From: Delftia acidovorans NBRC 14950
GTDB taxonomy: Bacteria > Pseudomonadota > Gammaproteobacteria > Burkholderiales > Burkholderiaceae_C
Assembly (NCBI RefSeq): GCF_001598795.1
Contig: NZ_BCZP01000013.1
Coordinates: forward strand, 90,001 to 122,000
Length of the DNA stretch: 32,000 bases
Direction of reading: 5' to 3'
This document shows, one piece after another, positions 17,116-26,019 of the stretch (its first letter is position 1; each line of letters begins with the position of its first letter). The notes beneath the pieces are model-generated. The model made no database searches and was not told where the DNA came from. It saw nothing but the letters and a program-made list of their open reading frames with translations. Made by a program: the position numbers and the translations under genes.

Positions 17116-18402
17116 ATGGGTATCACGCTTTTCATCGCCATCATCGTCCTGCTCACGCTGGGCTTTCCGGTGGCCTTCGCGCTGGCGATCTCCGCCGCGC
17201 TGGCCGTCTTCGTGGGCGGCCGCTATCCGCAGCTCATCGTGTTCAAGGAGATGTTCACGGGCATAGACAGCTTTCCGCTGATGGCCGTGCCCTTCTTCAT
17301 CCTGGCGGCCGAGCTGATGTCGGGCGGGGCGCTCACGCATGTGCTGCTGCGCTTTGCCGCGCAGTTCGTGGGCCATCTGCGCGGCGGCCTGGGCTATGCC
17401 AATGTGCTGTCGCTGACGCTGTTCTCGGGCATTTCGGGCTCGGCCCTGGCCGATGCGGCCGGCCCCGGCTCGATGATGGTCAAGATGATGGACAAGGCCG
17501 GCTATGCACGCTCCTACGCGGCGGCGCTGACGGCCAGCACGGCCATCGTGGGGCCCATCATTCCGCCGTCGGTGAGCATGATCATCTACGCGCTGCAGGA
17601 TGAGAACGTGTCGGTGGGCGGGCTGTTCATGGCCGGCTTCATTCCCGGCATCCTGATCGCGCTGGCCATGGCCGCCGTGAACTGGTGGGTGTGCAGGAAG
17701 CGCGACTACCGCTCCACCGAGCCGCGCCCCGACGGCCGCACGATGTGGATCAACAGCTTCAAGGCGATTCCCGCGCTGATGCTGATCGTGCTCATCGTGG
17801 TGGGCATCCGCTTCGGCATCTTCACGCCCACCGAGGCGTCGGTGGTGGCCGTGTTCTACGCCCTGGTCTGCGGCAAGTGGGTGTACCGCACGCTGCAGTG
17901 GTCGGCGCTGCCGGGCATTGCGGCGCGCTCGGCCATGCTGACGGCCTCGGTGCTGCTGGTGATGGCGACTTCGGCCGCATTTGCCTGGGTGCTGACGGTG
18001 GAGGGCATCCCACAGTACCTGTCCGAGCTGATCGTGAGCTGGGAGCTGTCGCCCACCCTGTTCCTGGTGGCGGTGAACATCCTGCTGCTGGTGTTCGGCA
18101 TCTTCATGGAGCCGCTGCCCGGCGTGATGATCCTGGTGCCCATCCTGGCGCCCATTGCGTTCAGCCTGGGCATCGATCCCACGCACTTCGCCATGGTGGT
18201 GATCGTGAACCTGACGCTGGGCATGATCACGCCGCCCGTGGGCGGGCTGCTGTTCGTGACCTCGGTGGCCACGCGCGTGTCCATCACCGATCTCACACGC
18301 GAGATGCCGCTGTTCCTGCTGGCCCACTTCGTGGTGCTGTGCCTGCTGACCTTCATCCCCGCGCTGTCCACCTGGTTGCCGCATACGCTGGGCTTCCAGT
18401 GA
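17116..18402 (+). CDS. TRAP transporter large permease (DctM family)
   Basis: Internal ATG at 17116. 428 aa polytopic membrane protein with DctM-like motifs (FPLMAVPFFILAAELM, GGLGYANVL, GPIIPPS, ITPPVG). Confidence 0.92.
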   Translation: MGITLFIAIIVLLTLGFPVAFALAISAALAVFVGGRYPQLIVFKEMFTGIDSFPLMAVPFFILAAELMSGGALTHVLLRFAAQFVGHLRGGLGYANVLSLTLFSGISGSALADAAGPGSMMVKMMDKAGYARSYAAALTASTAIVGPIIPPSVSMIIYALQDENVSVGGLFMAGFIPGILIALAMAAVNWWVCRKRDYRSTEPRPDGRTMWINSFKAIPALMLIVLIVVGIRFGIFTPTEASVVAVFYALVCGKWVYRTLQWSALPGIAARSAMLTASVLLVMATSAAFAWVLTVEGIPQYLSELIVSWELSPTLFLVAVNILLLVFGIFMEPLPGVMILVPILAPIAFSLGIDPTHFAMVVIVNLTLGMITPPVGGLLFVTSVATRVSITDLTREMPLFLLAHFVVLCLLTFIPALSTWLPHTLGFQ

Positions 18403-18408
18403 CGACAA

Positions 18409-18435
18409 GGGCCTCCGAGTGAGGCCCTTTTTTTT
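18409..18435 (+). terminator. Rho-independent terminator of the TRAP operon
   Basis: GGGCCTC-CGAGT-GAGGCCC followed by T8, starting 7 nt after the dctM-type stop. Its 3' arm and T-run form the first block of repeat copy B. Confidence 0.75.
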
Positions 18436-18519
18436 GCCGCCGGGCCGCTCCAAGGCAAAAAGCGGCCCCTGGGGGGCAACGGACCTTGCGCAGCAAGGGT
18501 AGCGTGGGGGCCTTTTTTC
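18421..18519 (+). repeat. GC-rich structured intergenic repeat, copy B
   Basis: See copy A (15317-15417). Same orientation. It fills almost the whole spacer between the dctM-type stop (18402) and the convergent IclR-family stop (18536). Confidence 0.75.
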
Positions 18520-18535
18520 TGGGATGCCCAGCGCC

Positions 18536-19336
18536 TCAGAAGAGCAGGCCGGCCATGCGCTGGGCCGTTTCCTTCAGGTGCGGCAGGCCCTCCAGCGCCT
18601 GCGCCAGCGGCATGCGCGCCTCGGGCGCATGCACGGCCAACGTGGCGCGGCACTGGCCCTTGGCATCGCGCACGGGCACGGCCACGGCAATCATGCCGCG
18701 CATGAATTCCTCGCGATCGCAGGAGTGGCCTTCGCGCACGATGCGCGCGCATTCATCGGCCAGCGCCTCGGTCGTGGTCAGCGTGTTGGCCGTGCAGGCG
18801 GTGAGTTCCACGCTGTCCAGAATGGCGGCGCGCCGGGCCGCAGGCATATGGGCCAGGAACAGCTTGCCGCTGGCCGTGGCATGGATGGGCACCATCGATC
18901 CGGCCTCCAGCTGGATGCGCAGCGGCCAGTGGGTCTCGACACGGTCCAGGTAGCGCACGCGCGTGCCGTCCAGCACGGTGAGGTTGCAGGTCTCGCCCAG
19001 ACGGGCCACCAGCTGGGACAGCAGCTCATGGCGAAGGGCCTGGCGCGGGTCGGCTTGCAGGGCGCGCACGGCCAGGCTCAGCAGCTTGGGGCCGGGGGAG
19101 AAGCTGCGGTCACCCTCATGGCGCAGCAGCCATTGCCGCGCCTCCAGGTGGGAGCACAGGCGCGAGGCCGTGGCCTTGGGCAGGTTGAGCGCGGCTGCGA
19201 TGTCCATGAGGCCCGGCGGGGCCTCGGCCTGGGTCACGAAATCGAGCACGGCCAGGGAGCGATCGGAGACCGAGTTCGCTTCGTCCTGCCGTGCAGGGGT
19301 GGGGTCCGGGGCAGCGCTGGCAAGGGATGGCGGCAT
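18536..19336 (-). CDS. IclR-family transcriptional regulator
   Basis: 266 aa. The N-terminal winged HTH (SLAVLDFVTQAEAPPGLMDIAAALNLPKATASRLCSHLE) is followed by an IclR-type effector domain (...ATASGKLFLAHM..., ...GMIAVAVPV...). Confidence 0.9.
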   Translation of the reverse strand: MPPSLASAAPDPTPARQDEANSVSDRSLAVLDFVTQAEAPPGLMDIAAALNLPKATASRLCSHLEARQWLLRHEGDRSFSPGPKLLSLAVRALQADPRQALRHELLSQLVARLGETCNLTVLDGTRVRYLDRVETHWPLRIQLEAGSMVPIHATASGKLFLAHMPAARRAAILDSVELTACTANTLTTTEALADECARIVREGHSCDREEFMRGMIAVAVPVRDAKGQCRATLAVHAPEARMPLAQALEGLPHLKETAQRMAGLLF

Positions 19337-19455
19337 GGGGCGGTGTCGTGTCGTGTGGAAGGCCGGAAACGCTTTCGATCATGCCTGATCGCCAGGAGGC
19401 GGCAAGGGTTTGCGCGGGGTTGCAGTCCACGGCGGCAACGAATAAGTTTCACTCA

Positions 19456-19474
19456 AAGGAACAAATAGTTCCTT
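19456..19474. promoter_or_regulatory. Candidate operator palindrome in the IclR / GMC-oxidoreductase divergent region
   Basis: Perfect 7-bp inverted repeat AAGGAAC-AAATA-GTTCCTT, nested inside GTTTC...GAAAC. It sits about 30 bp upstream of the oxidoreductase ATG, in the AT-richest part of the spacer. Confidence 0.35.
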
Positions 19475-19501
19475 CAAAAGAAACTCAAAAGGAGCCACTG
19501 C

Positions 19502-21154
19502 ATGCCGGACCCCATCGACAGCTATGACTACGTGATCGTGGGAGCAGGCTCTGCCGGCTGCGTGCTGGCCGCGCGCCTGTCCGAGGACCCGGCCACGCGG
19601 GTGCTGCTGCTGGAGGCAGGCCCGCCGGACCGCTCGCCCTGGATCCACCTGCCCATCGGCTACGGCAAGACCATGTGGAGCCCCGTCTACAACTGGAAGT
19701 TCGAGACCGACCCGGACCCCAACATGAACGGCCGGCGCATCTACTGGCCGCGCGGCCGCACGCTGGGCGGCAGCAGCTCCATCAACGGCCTGATCTACGT
19801 GCGCGGCCAGCGCGAGGACTACGACCATTGGGCGGCGCTGGGCAATGCGGGCTGGTCGTATGAGGAGGTGCTGCCCTACTTTGTGAAGTCCGAAGGCAAT
19901 GCGCGCGGCGCCTTCCCGGGCCATGGCGCGGACGGGCCGCTCAAGGTCTCGGACATCGGCGCACAGCATCCGCTGATCGAGGCCTTCATTGCCGGTGCAG
20001 GCCAGGTCGGCGTGCCCCGCACCGAGGATTTCAACGGCCGCGACCAGGAGGGCGCGGGCTACTACCAGCTCACCACCCACAAGGGCCTGCGCTGCAGTAC
20101 GGCCAAGGCCTATCTGGGCGAGGCCCGGCGCCGCCCCAATCTGCGCATAGAGACCGATGCCATGGCCACGCAGCTGGTGCTGCGCGGCCGGCGCGCCGTC
20201 GGCATCCGCTACCGGCAAGGCGGGCAGGAGCGCCAGGCCCAGGCGCGGGCCGAGGTGATTCTGTCGGCAGGAGCCATCCAGTCGCCGCAGCTGCTGCAAC
20301 TGTCGGGCATAGGCCCGGCCGCGCTGTCGCAGTCCCTGGGGATTCCCGTGGTGCACGATCTGCCGGGCGTGGGCGAGAACCTGCAGGACCATCTTCAGAT
20401 CCGCCTGGGCTACGAATGCAGCCAGCGCATCACCACCAATGACCAGCTCAATTCCTGGGTGGGCAGGACAAAGCTGGGGCTGGAATGGCTGCTGTTCCGC
20501 TCGGGCGCGCTGGCCGTGGGCATCAACCAGGGCGGCTGCTTCATGCGTGCGCTCAGGGACGAGCAGGGCCGGCCCGTGGCGGCCACGCCCGACATCCAGT
20601 TCCACGTCTCCACGCTGTCGGCCGACATGGCAGGCGGGCAGGTCCATCCGTACTCGGGCTTCACCATGTCGGTCTGCCAGCTGCGGCCCGAGTCACGCGG
20701 GCAGTTGCGCATCCGCTCGCGCGATGCCTTCGAGCCGCCTTCCATCCAGCCCAACTACCTGGCCACCGACCTGGACCGCCGCACCAACGTGGCGGCCGTG
20801 CGCGCGGCACGCGCCATTGCCGACACGCCGGCCATGCGCCCCTTCGTGAAGCGCGAGGTCAAGCCCGGCCCCGATGCGCACAGCGATGCGGAACTGCTGG
20901 AGTTCTGCCGCAACCACGGCGCCACCATCTTCCACCCCAGCGGCACCTGCCGCATGGGCAGCGACGCCCAGGCCGTGGTCGATGCGCGGCTGCGCGTGCA
21001 CGGCATGGCCGGCCTGCGCGTGGTCGATTGCTCGGTCATGCCCACCCTGGTCTCGGGCAACACCAACGCGCCCGTGGTGATGATGGCCGAGAAGGCCGCC
21101 GACATGGTTCGCGAAGACAGGCACGGAGAGACAGGGCAGCTCAAGGTCGCATGA
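19502..21154 (+). CDS. GMC-family FAD-dependent oxidoreductase (choline/alcohol dehydrogenase-like)
   Basis: 550 aa. RBS AAGGAG. The N-terminal ADP-binding fold (YDYVIVGAGSAGCVLAARLSEDP), the GMC signatures (GRTLGGSSSINGLIYVRG; GAIQSPQLLQLSGIG) and the C-terminal catalytic His region (IFHPSGTCRMG) are present. Confidence 0.93.
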   Translation: MPDPIDSYDYVIVGAGSAGCVLAARLSEDPATRVLLLEAGPPDRSPWIHLPIGYGKTMWSPVYNWKFETDPDPNMNGRRIYWPRGRTLGGSSSINGLIYVRGQREDYDHWAALGNAGWSYEEVLPYFVKSEGNARGAFPGHGADGPLKVSDIGAQHPLIEAFIAGAGQVGVPRTEDFNGRDQEGAGYYQLTTHKGLRCSTAKAYLGEARRRPNLRIETDAMATQLVLRGRRAVGIRYRQGGQERQAQARAEVILSAGAIQSPQLLQLSGIGPAALSQSLGIPVVHDLPGVGENLQDHLQIRLGYECSQRITTNDQLNSWVGRTKLGLEWLLFRSGALAVGINQGGCFMRALRDEQGRPVAATPDIQFHVSTLSADMAGGQVHPYSGFTMSVCQLRPESRGQLRIRSRDAFEPPSIQPNYLATDLDRRTNVAAVRAARAIADTPAMRPFVKREVKPGPDAHSDAELLEFCRNHGATIFHPSGTCRMGSDAQAVVDARLRVHGMAGLRVVDCSVMPTLVSGNTNAPVVMMAEKAADMVREDRHGETGQLKVA

Positions 21155-21202
21155 CTGCCCGTTCCTGCATCCCGGCAATGCGACAGACAACCAGGAGACA
21201 GC

Positions 21203-22525
21203 ATGACGACGGCAACCGATCCCAGGGTCATCCGCAAGGTGGTGACCTCCGCGCTCATCGGCGCAACCATCGAGTGGTATGACTTCTTCCTGTACGGCGT
21301 GGTCGCCGGCATCGTGTTCAGCAAGCTGTACTTTCCCAGCGACGATCCGCTGATCTCCACGCTGCTGGCCTACACCACCTTTGCCGTGGGCTTCGTCACG
21401 CGGCCGCTGGGCGGGGTGATCTTCGGGCACTTCGGCGACCGCGTGGGGCGCAAGAGCATCCTGGTGGTCACGCTGATGATCATGGGCGTGTCCACCTTCC
21501 TGATCGGCCTGCTGCCCACGCATGCGCAGATCGGCGTGGCCGCGCCCATCCTGCTGCTGCTGTTGCGCGTGGCCCAGGGCATAGGCCTGGGCGGCGAATG
21601 GGGCGGCGCCGTGCTCATGGCCTACGAATACGCGCCCAAGGAAAAGCGGGGCTTCTACGCCTCCCTGCCCCAGGTGGGCCTGGCCATCGGCCTGTTCATG
21701 GCCTCGGGCGTGGTGGCCCTGCTGTCCTGGCTGTGTACGGAAGAGCAATTCATGGCCTGGGGCTGGCGCGTCGCGTTCCTGATCTCGGGCCTGATGGTGG
21801 CCGTGGGCATGTACATCCGACTGCATGTGAAGGAGACGCCCGAATTCGCGGCCGTCAAGGCACGCAATGCCGAGACCGCGATTCCCTTCATGGACATGAT
21901 GCGGCGCTACCCCGGCAATGTGCTCAAGGGCATGGGCGCACGCTATATCGACGGCGTTTTCTTCAACGTCTTCGGCGTGTTCTCGATCAGCTACCTGACC
22001 TCCACCCTGCAGATCAGCCGCACCGACGCATTGATCGGCGTGATGGTCGCCGCCGTGGTGATGTGCTTCACGATTCCGCTGTTCGGCCGCCTGTCCGACC
22101 GCCTGGGCCGCAGCCGCGTCTATCTGTGGGGATCGCTGATCACCGCGGTCTCTGCCTTTCCGGCCTTCTGGCTCATGGCCCACAGCGGCGGCAATGTGCT
22201 GCTGATATGGATCGCCATCGTCGTGCCCTTCGGCATTCTCTACGCGGCGGTCTACGGTCCCGAAGCCGCCCTCTTCTGCGACCTGTTCGACGCCAAGGTG
22301 CGCTACACCGGCATTTCCTTCGTCTACCAGTTCTCGGGCATTTTCGCCTCGGGCATCACGCCCATCATTGCGACGGCGCTGGTCAAGACGGCCGGTGGCA
22401 GCCCGTGGCTGGTGTGCCTGTATGTGGTGTTTGCGGGAGCGGTATCGGCCTGGTGTGCCTGGGCGATTGGTCGGGATGGAAGCAGGCAGGAAAGCTTTGC
22501 CAGCGTGAACCCCTTGGCCAGATAG
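21203..22525 (+). CDS. MFS transporter, metabolite:H+ symporter (MHS) family
   Basis: 440 aa with about 12 TM segments. MHS-type N-terminus (GATIEWYDFFLYGVVAGIVFSKLYFP) and the GHFGDRVGRK loop motif. It lies 48 bp downstream of the oxidoreductase, with RBS AGGAGA. Confidence 0.88.
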   Translation: MTTATDPRVIRKVVTSALIGATIEWYDFFLYGVVAGIVFSKLYFPSDDPLISTLLAYTTFAVGFVTRPLGGVIFGHFGDRVGRKSILVVTLMIMGVSTFLIGLLPTHAQIGVAAPILLLLLRVAQGIGLGGEWGGAVLMAYEYAPKEKRGFYASLPQVGLAIGLFMASGVVALLSWLCTEEQFMAWGWRVAFLISGLMVAVGMYIRLHVKETPEFAAVKARNAETAIPFMDMMRRYPGNVLKGMGARYIDGVFFNVFGVFSISYLTSTLQISRTDALIGVMVAAVVMCFTIPLFGRLSDRLGRSRVYLWGSLITAVSAFPAFWLMAHSGGNVLLIWIAIVVPFGILYAAVYGPEAALFCDLFDAKVRYTGISFVYQFSGIFASGITPIIATALVKTAGGSPWLVCLYVVFAGAVSAWCAWAIGRDGSRQESFASVNPLAR

Positions 22526-22578
22526 CCAGACGCTCTTGCGCCGGTTCATACGGCACCGTGGCCGAGAAGACCAAGAGC

Positions 22579-22601
22579 AAAGCTGCCCAACAGGCAGCTT
22601 T
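22579..22601 (+). terminator. Candidate terminator hairpin after the MHS transporter gene
   Basis: AAAGCTGCC-CAACA-GGCAGCTTT: a 9-bp perfect stem. Only a short T tract is present, and it is part of the stem, so the call is weak. Confidence 0.35.
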
Positions 22602-22759
22602 CTGCATTGGCCAGCGGATTGCAGCCACCGGCTCGCCGCAGAGCCGTCTTGGTTTAGGATGGCGCCAGTCCGCATGGCAGAAGATTTCTGCAGATTCACA
22701 CCCCCATATCGCAACCGCATGTCAGTCAGGCATGCACTTTCAGGCATCACCTTGGCTGC

Positions 22760-23884
22760 ATGATCTATAAAAACATACAAATACTGCGATTCATTGCCGC
22801 CTTTCTCGTGGTTCTGCACCACACGCTTCCGCCCAATGTGCATCCGGCCCACTACGCCAACATCCCGGCATGGATCACCGAGATTTCCGTCTATGGTTTC
22901 GCTGGTGTCGATATCTTCTTCGTCATCAGCGGCTTCATCATGGCCGAGACCACGCGCCCCATGCAGCCCGGAGCGGGCACGGCATCCAGCTTTGTCTTCC
23001 GGCGCTTCCTGAGAATCTACAGCGGCTACTGGCCCGCCTTCCTGCTGGTGCTTTTTCTCAGCGTCTGGCTTGGCATCTTCAACGGGCCCGAAATCAGCCG
23101 CTGGAAGTCATTTCTGCTGCTGCCCCAGGAGTTCTACCTGCTCAATGTCTCCTGGACACTGACCTATGAGTTGTATTTCTATCTGCTGATTGGTGCCATG
23201 CTCTGCTTCACACGAAAGCAGGCCGTTCCGGTGTTTCTTGCGTTGCTGGCGTCATTTGTGGTGATCGTAGCCGTGCAATTCAATATGGGGGTTTATCGAT
23301 CGGCAATTCCCAGGGAAAACAATTTCCTCTTGAATGTTTTTCTGACATCTCCGCTGATCATTGAATTCATTGCTGGCTTTCTGCTGAGCGAGTGGATTAA
23401 CAGAAAACCCAGGCAGTCTATTGCAGCATGGTCCATATTCACCGCCATTGCTTTGAGTGCGAGCATCTGGGCACAGAAATACGGCGGTCTCCAGGGTGTT
23501 GGCATGGCCGCATTTCTCTACTACCCGGAACGGGTCATGCTGTTTGGCAGTGCGTCCCTGGGTCTGGTGGCGCTGGCCGCATTGCTGCCCTCGTCCGGCA
23601 GCCAGTTGAACCGCTTCTTCTGCAGGCTGGGCGATGCCTCCTATGCGCTGTACCTGCTGCATATTCCCTTGATGGTGATTCTCTACGGCCTGCTTTTCCC
23701 CAAGATTCCGGGCTTGCTGTGGATAGGGGGCGGAAAGCTATCGCTGCTGGTGTATCTGGTGTCAGTCGTGGCCTGCTCATTGCTCTACTTCAAACTCATC
23801 GAGAATCCGTTGCATAAAATCTCAAGAAAAGCGTCTGACAGGCTGCTGCTCAACGCTGGATCCTCCAAGACATGCACCGTTTGA
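22760..23884 (+). CDS. Membrane acyltransferase, acyltransferase-3 (OafA/YrhL-like) family, AT3 domain only
   Basis: 374 aa polytopic protein. The N-terminal IQILRFIAAFLVVLHH motif and the overall TM pattern are typical of the AT3 family. No fused SGNH domain is present. GC is noticeably lower than in the flanks. Confidence 0.85.
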   Translation: MIYKNIQILRFIAAFLVVLHHTLPPNVHPAHYANIPAWITEISVYGFAGVDIFFVISGFIMAETTRPMQPGAGTASSFVFRRFLRIYSGYWPAFLLVLFLSVWLGIFNGPEISRWKSFLLLPQEFYLLNVSWTLTYELYFYLLIGAMLCFTRKQAVPVFLALLASFVVIVAVQFNMGVYRSAIPRENNFLLNVFLTSPLIIEFIAGFLLSEWINRKPRQSIAAWSIFTAIALSASIWAQKYGGLQGVGMAAFLYYPERVMLFGSASLGLVALAALLPSSGSQLNRFFCRLGDASYALYLLHIPLMVILYGLLFPKIPGLLWIGGGKLSLLVYLVSVVACSLLYFKLIENPLHKISRKASDRLLLNAGSSKTCTV

Positions 23885-24042
23885 GGTACTCCTCCATCTG
23901 GATCCATCGAGCGGGTACTCCAGAAATGTATCCATACCCCGCGATCTCTCAAGAGATCTTCCGAAACTGGTGGATCTAGTTGAAAATCCATTCCCGGCGG
24001 AATCATTCAAAGACTTCGTCGTTCATCAATAGAGAGGGACCC

Positions 24043-24903
24043 ATGTTCAAAAAAATACTGGCTGCGGCCACCTTGCTGGGCTGCGGCCTGGCGCACGCAT
24101 TCATGCCCAGCAATGGCACCTGGGTCGTGACTTCCGAACTCAACGGCAAGCCGGGTCGCGGGCTCGCCCTTGATGCGCAGAACGGCACCCTGGTCATGCA
24201 GATGTATGCCTACGAGCCCAGCGGGCAGCCGAGCTTCTACATGACGTCGGGCGCCTTGACCAACAACCGTTTTTCAGCGCCGCTGATGCGCTATACGGGT
24301 GGCCGCTATCTGGGCAGCGGCCCGATGTCGGGCACCGAAGACCGCAATATGGGCCAGGTCAGCATGCGCTTCACCAGCGGCGTCTCGGGATTCATCACGC
24401 TGCCCGGCGAGCAGGAAGTGGCGATTTCGCGTTTCAACTTCGGTTACCCCGCCGTGGCATCCAGTCTACGGGGCATCTGGACCATGACTTCGATCGGTTC
24501 CGAGGGGCTTCAGACCCTGGGCGTGGAATTGACACGCCAGACCAGCGCCACTTCCAACGGCAACGGCCTCATGACCAGCGGAGATGGCCTGTTCGGCTGC
24601 GAGCACCAGGTCCGCGGCGCACTGGCAGGTGAAACGCTGTGTGTGTGGATCAACAGCTCTGGCCAGATCCTGCGCAGCTACCGCTTCATTTACAGCGTCA
24701 ACGATGGTGAGGGCACGTCCAGCACCAATGGCAACCGCCCCAACCAGCGCCTGGTCATCAAGCGGCTGACCACGCCCCAAGATGTGGGCACGGGCATCGT
24801 CTACGAGAATTCGGCGCCTGCGGAGCCTGTGTATACCGCGCTGCACGAGCACATCGAAAACCTGTCCTTCAGCGCCGCACCTCTGCCAGCCGAGCAGGAG
24901 TGA
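24043..24903 (+). CDS. Secreted/periplasmic protein of unknown function
   Basis: Internal ATG at 24043 is preceded by GAGAGGGA. Signal peptide MFKKILAAATLLGCGLAHA/F. No motif I can assign. The N-terminal half has a G-x-W...E-x-x-G-x-x-G-R-G-L...G-T-L-V...Y-x-Y-E-x-S-G-x-P-x-F-Y pattern that I recall only from uncharacterised proteobacterial proteins. Confidence 0.6.
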   Translation: MFKKILAAATLLGCGLAHAFMPSNGTWVVTSELNGKPGRGLALDAQNGTLVMQMYAYEPSGQPSFYMTSGALTNNRFSAPLMRYTGGRYLGSGPMSGTEDRNMGQVSMRFTSGVSGFITLPGEQEVAISRFNFGYPAVASSLRGIWTMTSIGSEGLQTLGVELTRQTSATSNGNGLMTSGDGLFGCEHQVRGALAGETLCVWINSSGQILRSYRFIYSVNDGEGTSSTNGNRPNQRLVIKRLTTPQDVGTGIVYENSAPAEPVYTALHEHIENLSFSAAPLPAEQE

Positions 24904-24924
24904 CGCCCCGCTGCCGGCTACCCC

Positions 24925-25890
24925 TCAGGGCAGTGCCGGCAGCTGCTCCGCATGCCGCAGGTCCACATGCGCCTGCAGGAAGTCGAGCACGGCGCGCGTG
25001 CGCGGGGGCAGGCGGTCGGGCTTGCCCAGGTAGACGGCGTGGATGGGTTCCAGGTCGCCCGTGTTGAATTCCTCCAGCACGGGCACCAGCCGGCCGGCGA
25101 GCACGTCGGCCCAGGCGTGGTACAGCGACAGGCGGGCCAGGCCCGTGCCGTGCAGCGCCAGCTCGCGCATCACGTCGCCGTCGTTGACGCGCACCACCTC
25201 CCCGATATCGACGGCCACGCGCTGGCCGTCCACCAGAAATGGCCAGTGCGGTATGGCGCGCTGGTAGCTCCAGCCCAGGCGCACATGGTGGCCCAGCTCG
25301 TCTGGATGCAGGGGCCTGCCCATGCGGGCCAGGTACTGCGGTGAGGCCAGGATGACCTGCCGCGTGTGGCCCAGCAGCCGCGCGACCATGTCCGAGGGCG
25401 GAAGCTGGCCCCAGCGCACGGCGATGTCCGTGCCGGCCTCGACCAGGTCCACGATCTGGTCCGTGAAGCTCAGTTCCAGGCTCAGCCCGGGATGGCGCTG
25501 CAGCAATTGCGGCACCAGGGGCACGAGCAGCATTTTTCCGGTCGATGAACTGGTGTTGATGCGCACCAGGCCGCGTGGTTCGCTGCGCACGGCCACGCAG
25601 GCCTCCAGTTCCTCCAGGTCGGCCAGCACGCGCTTGCCGCGCTCGAACAGCTGGCAGCCTTCGGGCGTGAGATGCAGGCGCCGCGTGCTGCGCTGGAGCA
25701 GCTGCACGCCCAGGCGCGCCTCCAGCCGCGACATGCTCTTGCTGACGGCCGAGGGCGAGATGCCCAGGTGGCGCGCAGCGGCCGAGAGGCTGCCGCGCTC
25801 GGCCACCAGGATCAGCATCTCCAGCTCGGCAAAGCGGTTGGCATCGGCGTTGCCTGTATCGGTGGCCGTGGGTGGGGCAAGTGCGGGCAT
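24925..25890 (-). CDS. LysR-family transcriptional regulator
   Basis: Start chosen at 25890, where an AGGAG RBS sits immediately upstream on the minus strand. HTH region FAELEMLILVAERGSLSAAARHLGISPSAVSKSMSRLEARLGVQLLQRSTRRLHLT, followed by a LysR substrate-binding domain. Confidence 0.9.
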   Translation of the reverse strand: MPALAPPTATDTGNADANRFAELEMLILVAERGSLSAAARHLGISPSAVSKSMSRLEARLGVQLLQRSTRRLHLTPEGCQLFERGKRVLADLEELEACVAVRSEPRGLVRINTSSSTGKMLLVPLVPQLLQRHPGLSLELSFTDQIVDLVEAGTDIAVRWGQLPPSDMVARLLGHTRQVILASPQYLARMGRPLHPDELGHHVRLGWSYQRAIPHWPFLVDGQRVAVDIGEVVRVNDGDVMRELALHGTGLARLSLYHAWADVLAGRLVPVLEEFNTGDLEPIHAVYLGKPDRLPPRTRAVLDFLQAHVDLRHAEQLPALP

Positions 25891-26019
25891 AGCGTCTCCT
25901 GAAAAGAGGTCATCTATTCCACACAGGAACAGATCCGTTTCCATTATTCCATCTACACAAAGGTATGTTGCAGTGCGACATTACTGGACATCACACCAAG
26001 GATCACAAGGAATCCGTCC

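Noticed and set aside
15306-18453. Two long minus-strand ORFs (15306-17156, 616 aa; 17017-18453, 478 aa) opposite the TRAP operon
   Set aside because: They are antisense to three genes with clear DctP/Q/M signatures and have a His/Arg/Gly/Gln-rich composition. They cross the real intergenic spacers and the repeat element, which a genuine gene would be unlikely to do.
18524-19468. 314-aa plus-strand ORF overlapping the IclR gene
   Set aside because: The minus-strand frame has a clear IclR HTH and effector domain. The plus-strand translation is Gly/Ala/Arg/Gln-rich with no motifs.
20693-22852. 719-aa minus-strand ORF opposite the GMC-oxidoreductase 3' end and the MHS transporter
   Set aside because: It is antisense to two well-supported genes and has no recognisable motifs. 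It is a high-GC artefact.
2754-25944. Longer N-terminal extensions offered by the ORF track for several genes (starts at 2754, 3434, 4327, 7121, 15384, 16461, 17020, 23980 and 25944)
   Set aside because: In each case an internal ATG has a Shine-Dalgarno-like sequence and begins a proper signal peptide, TM segment or family-typical N-terminus. The upstream extension overlaps a neighbouring gene, spacer or repeat element, or is compositionally odd.
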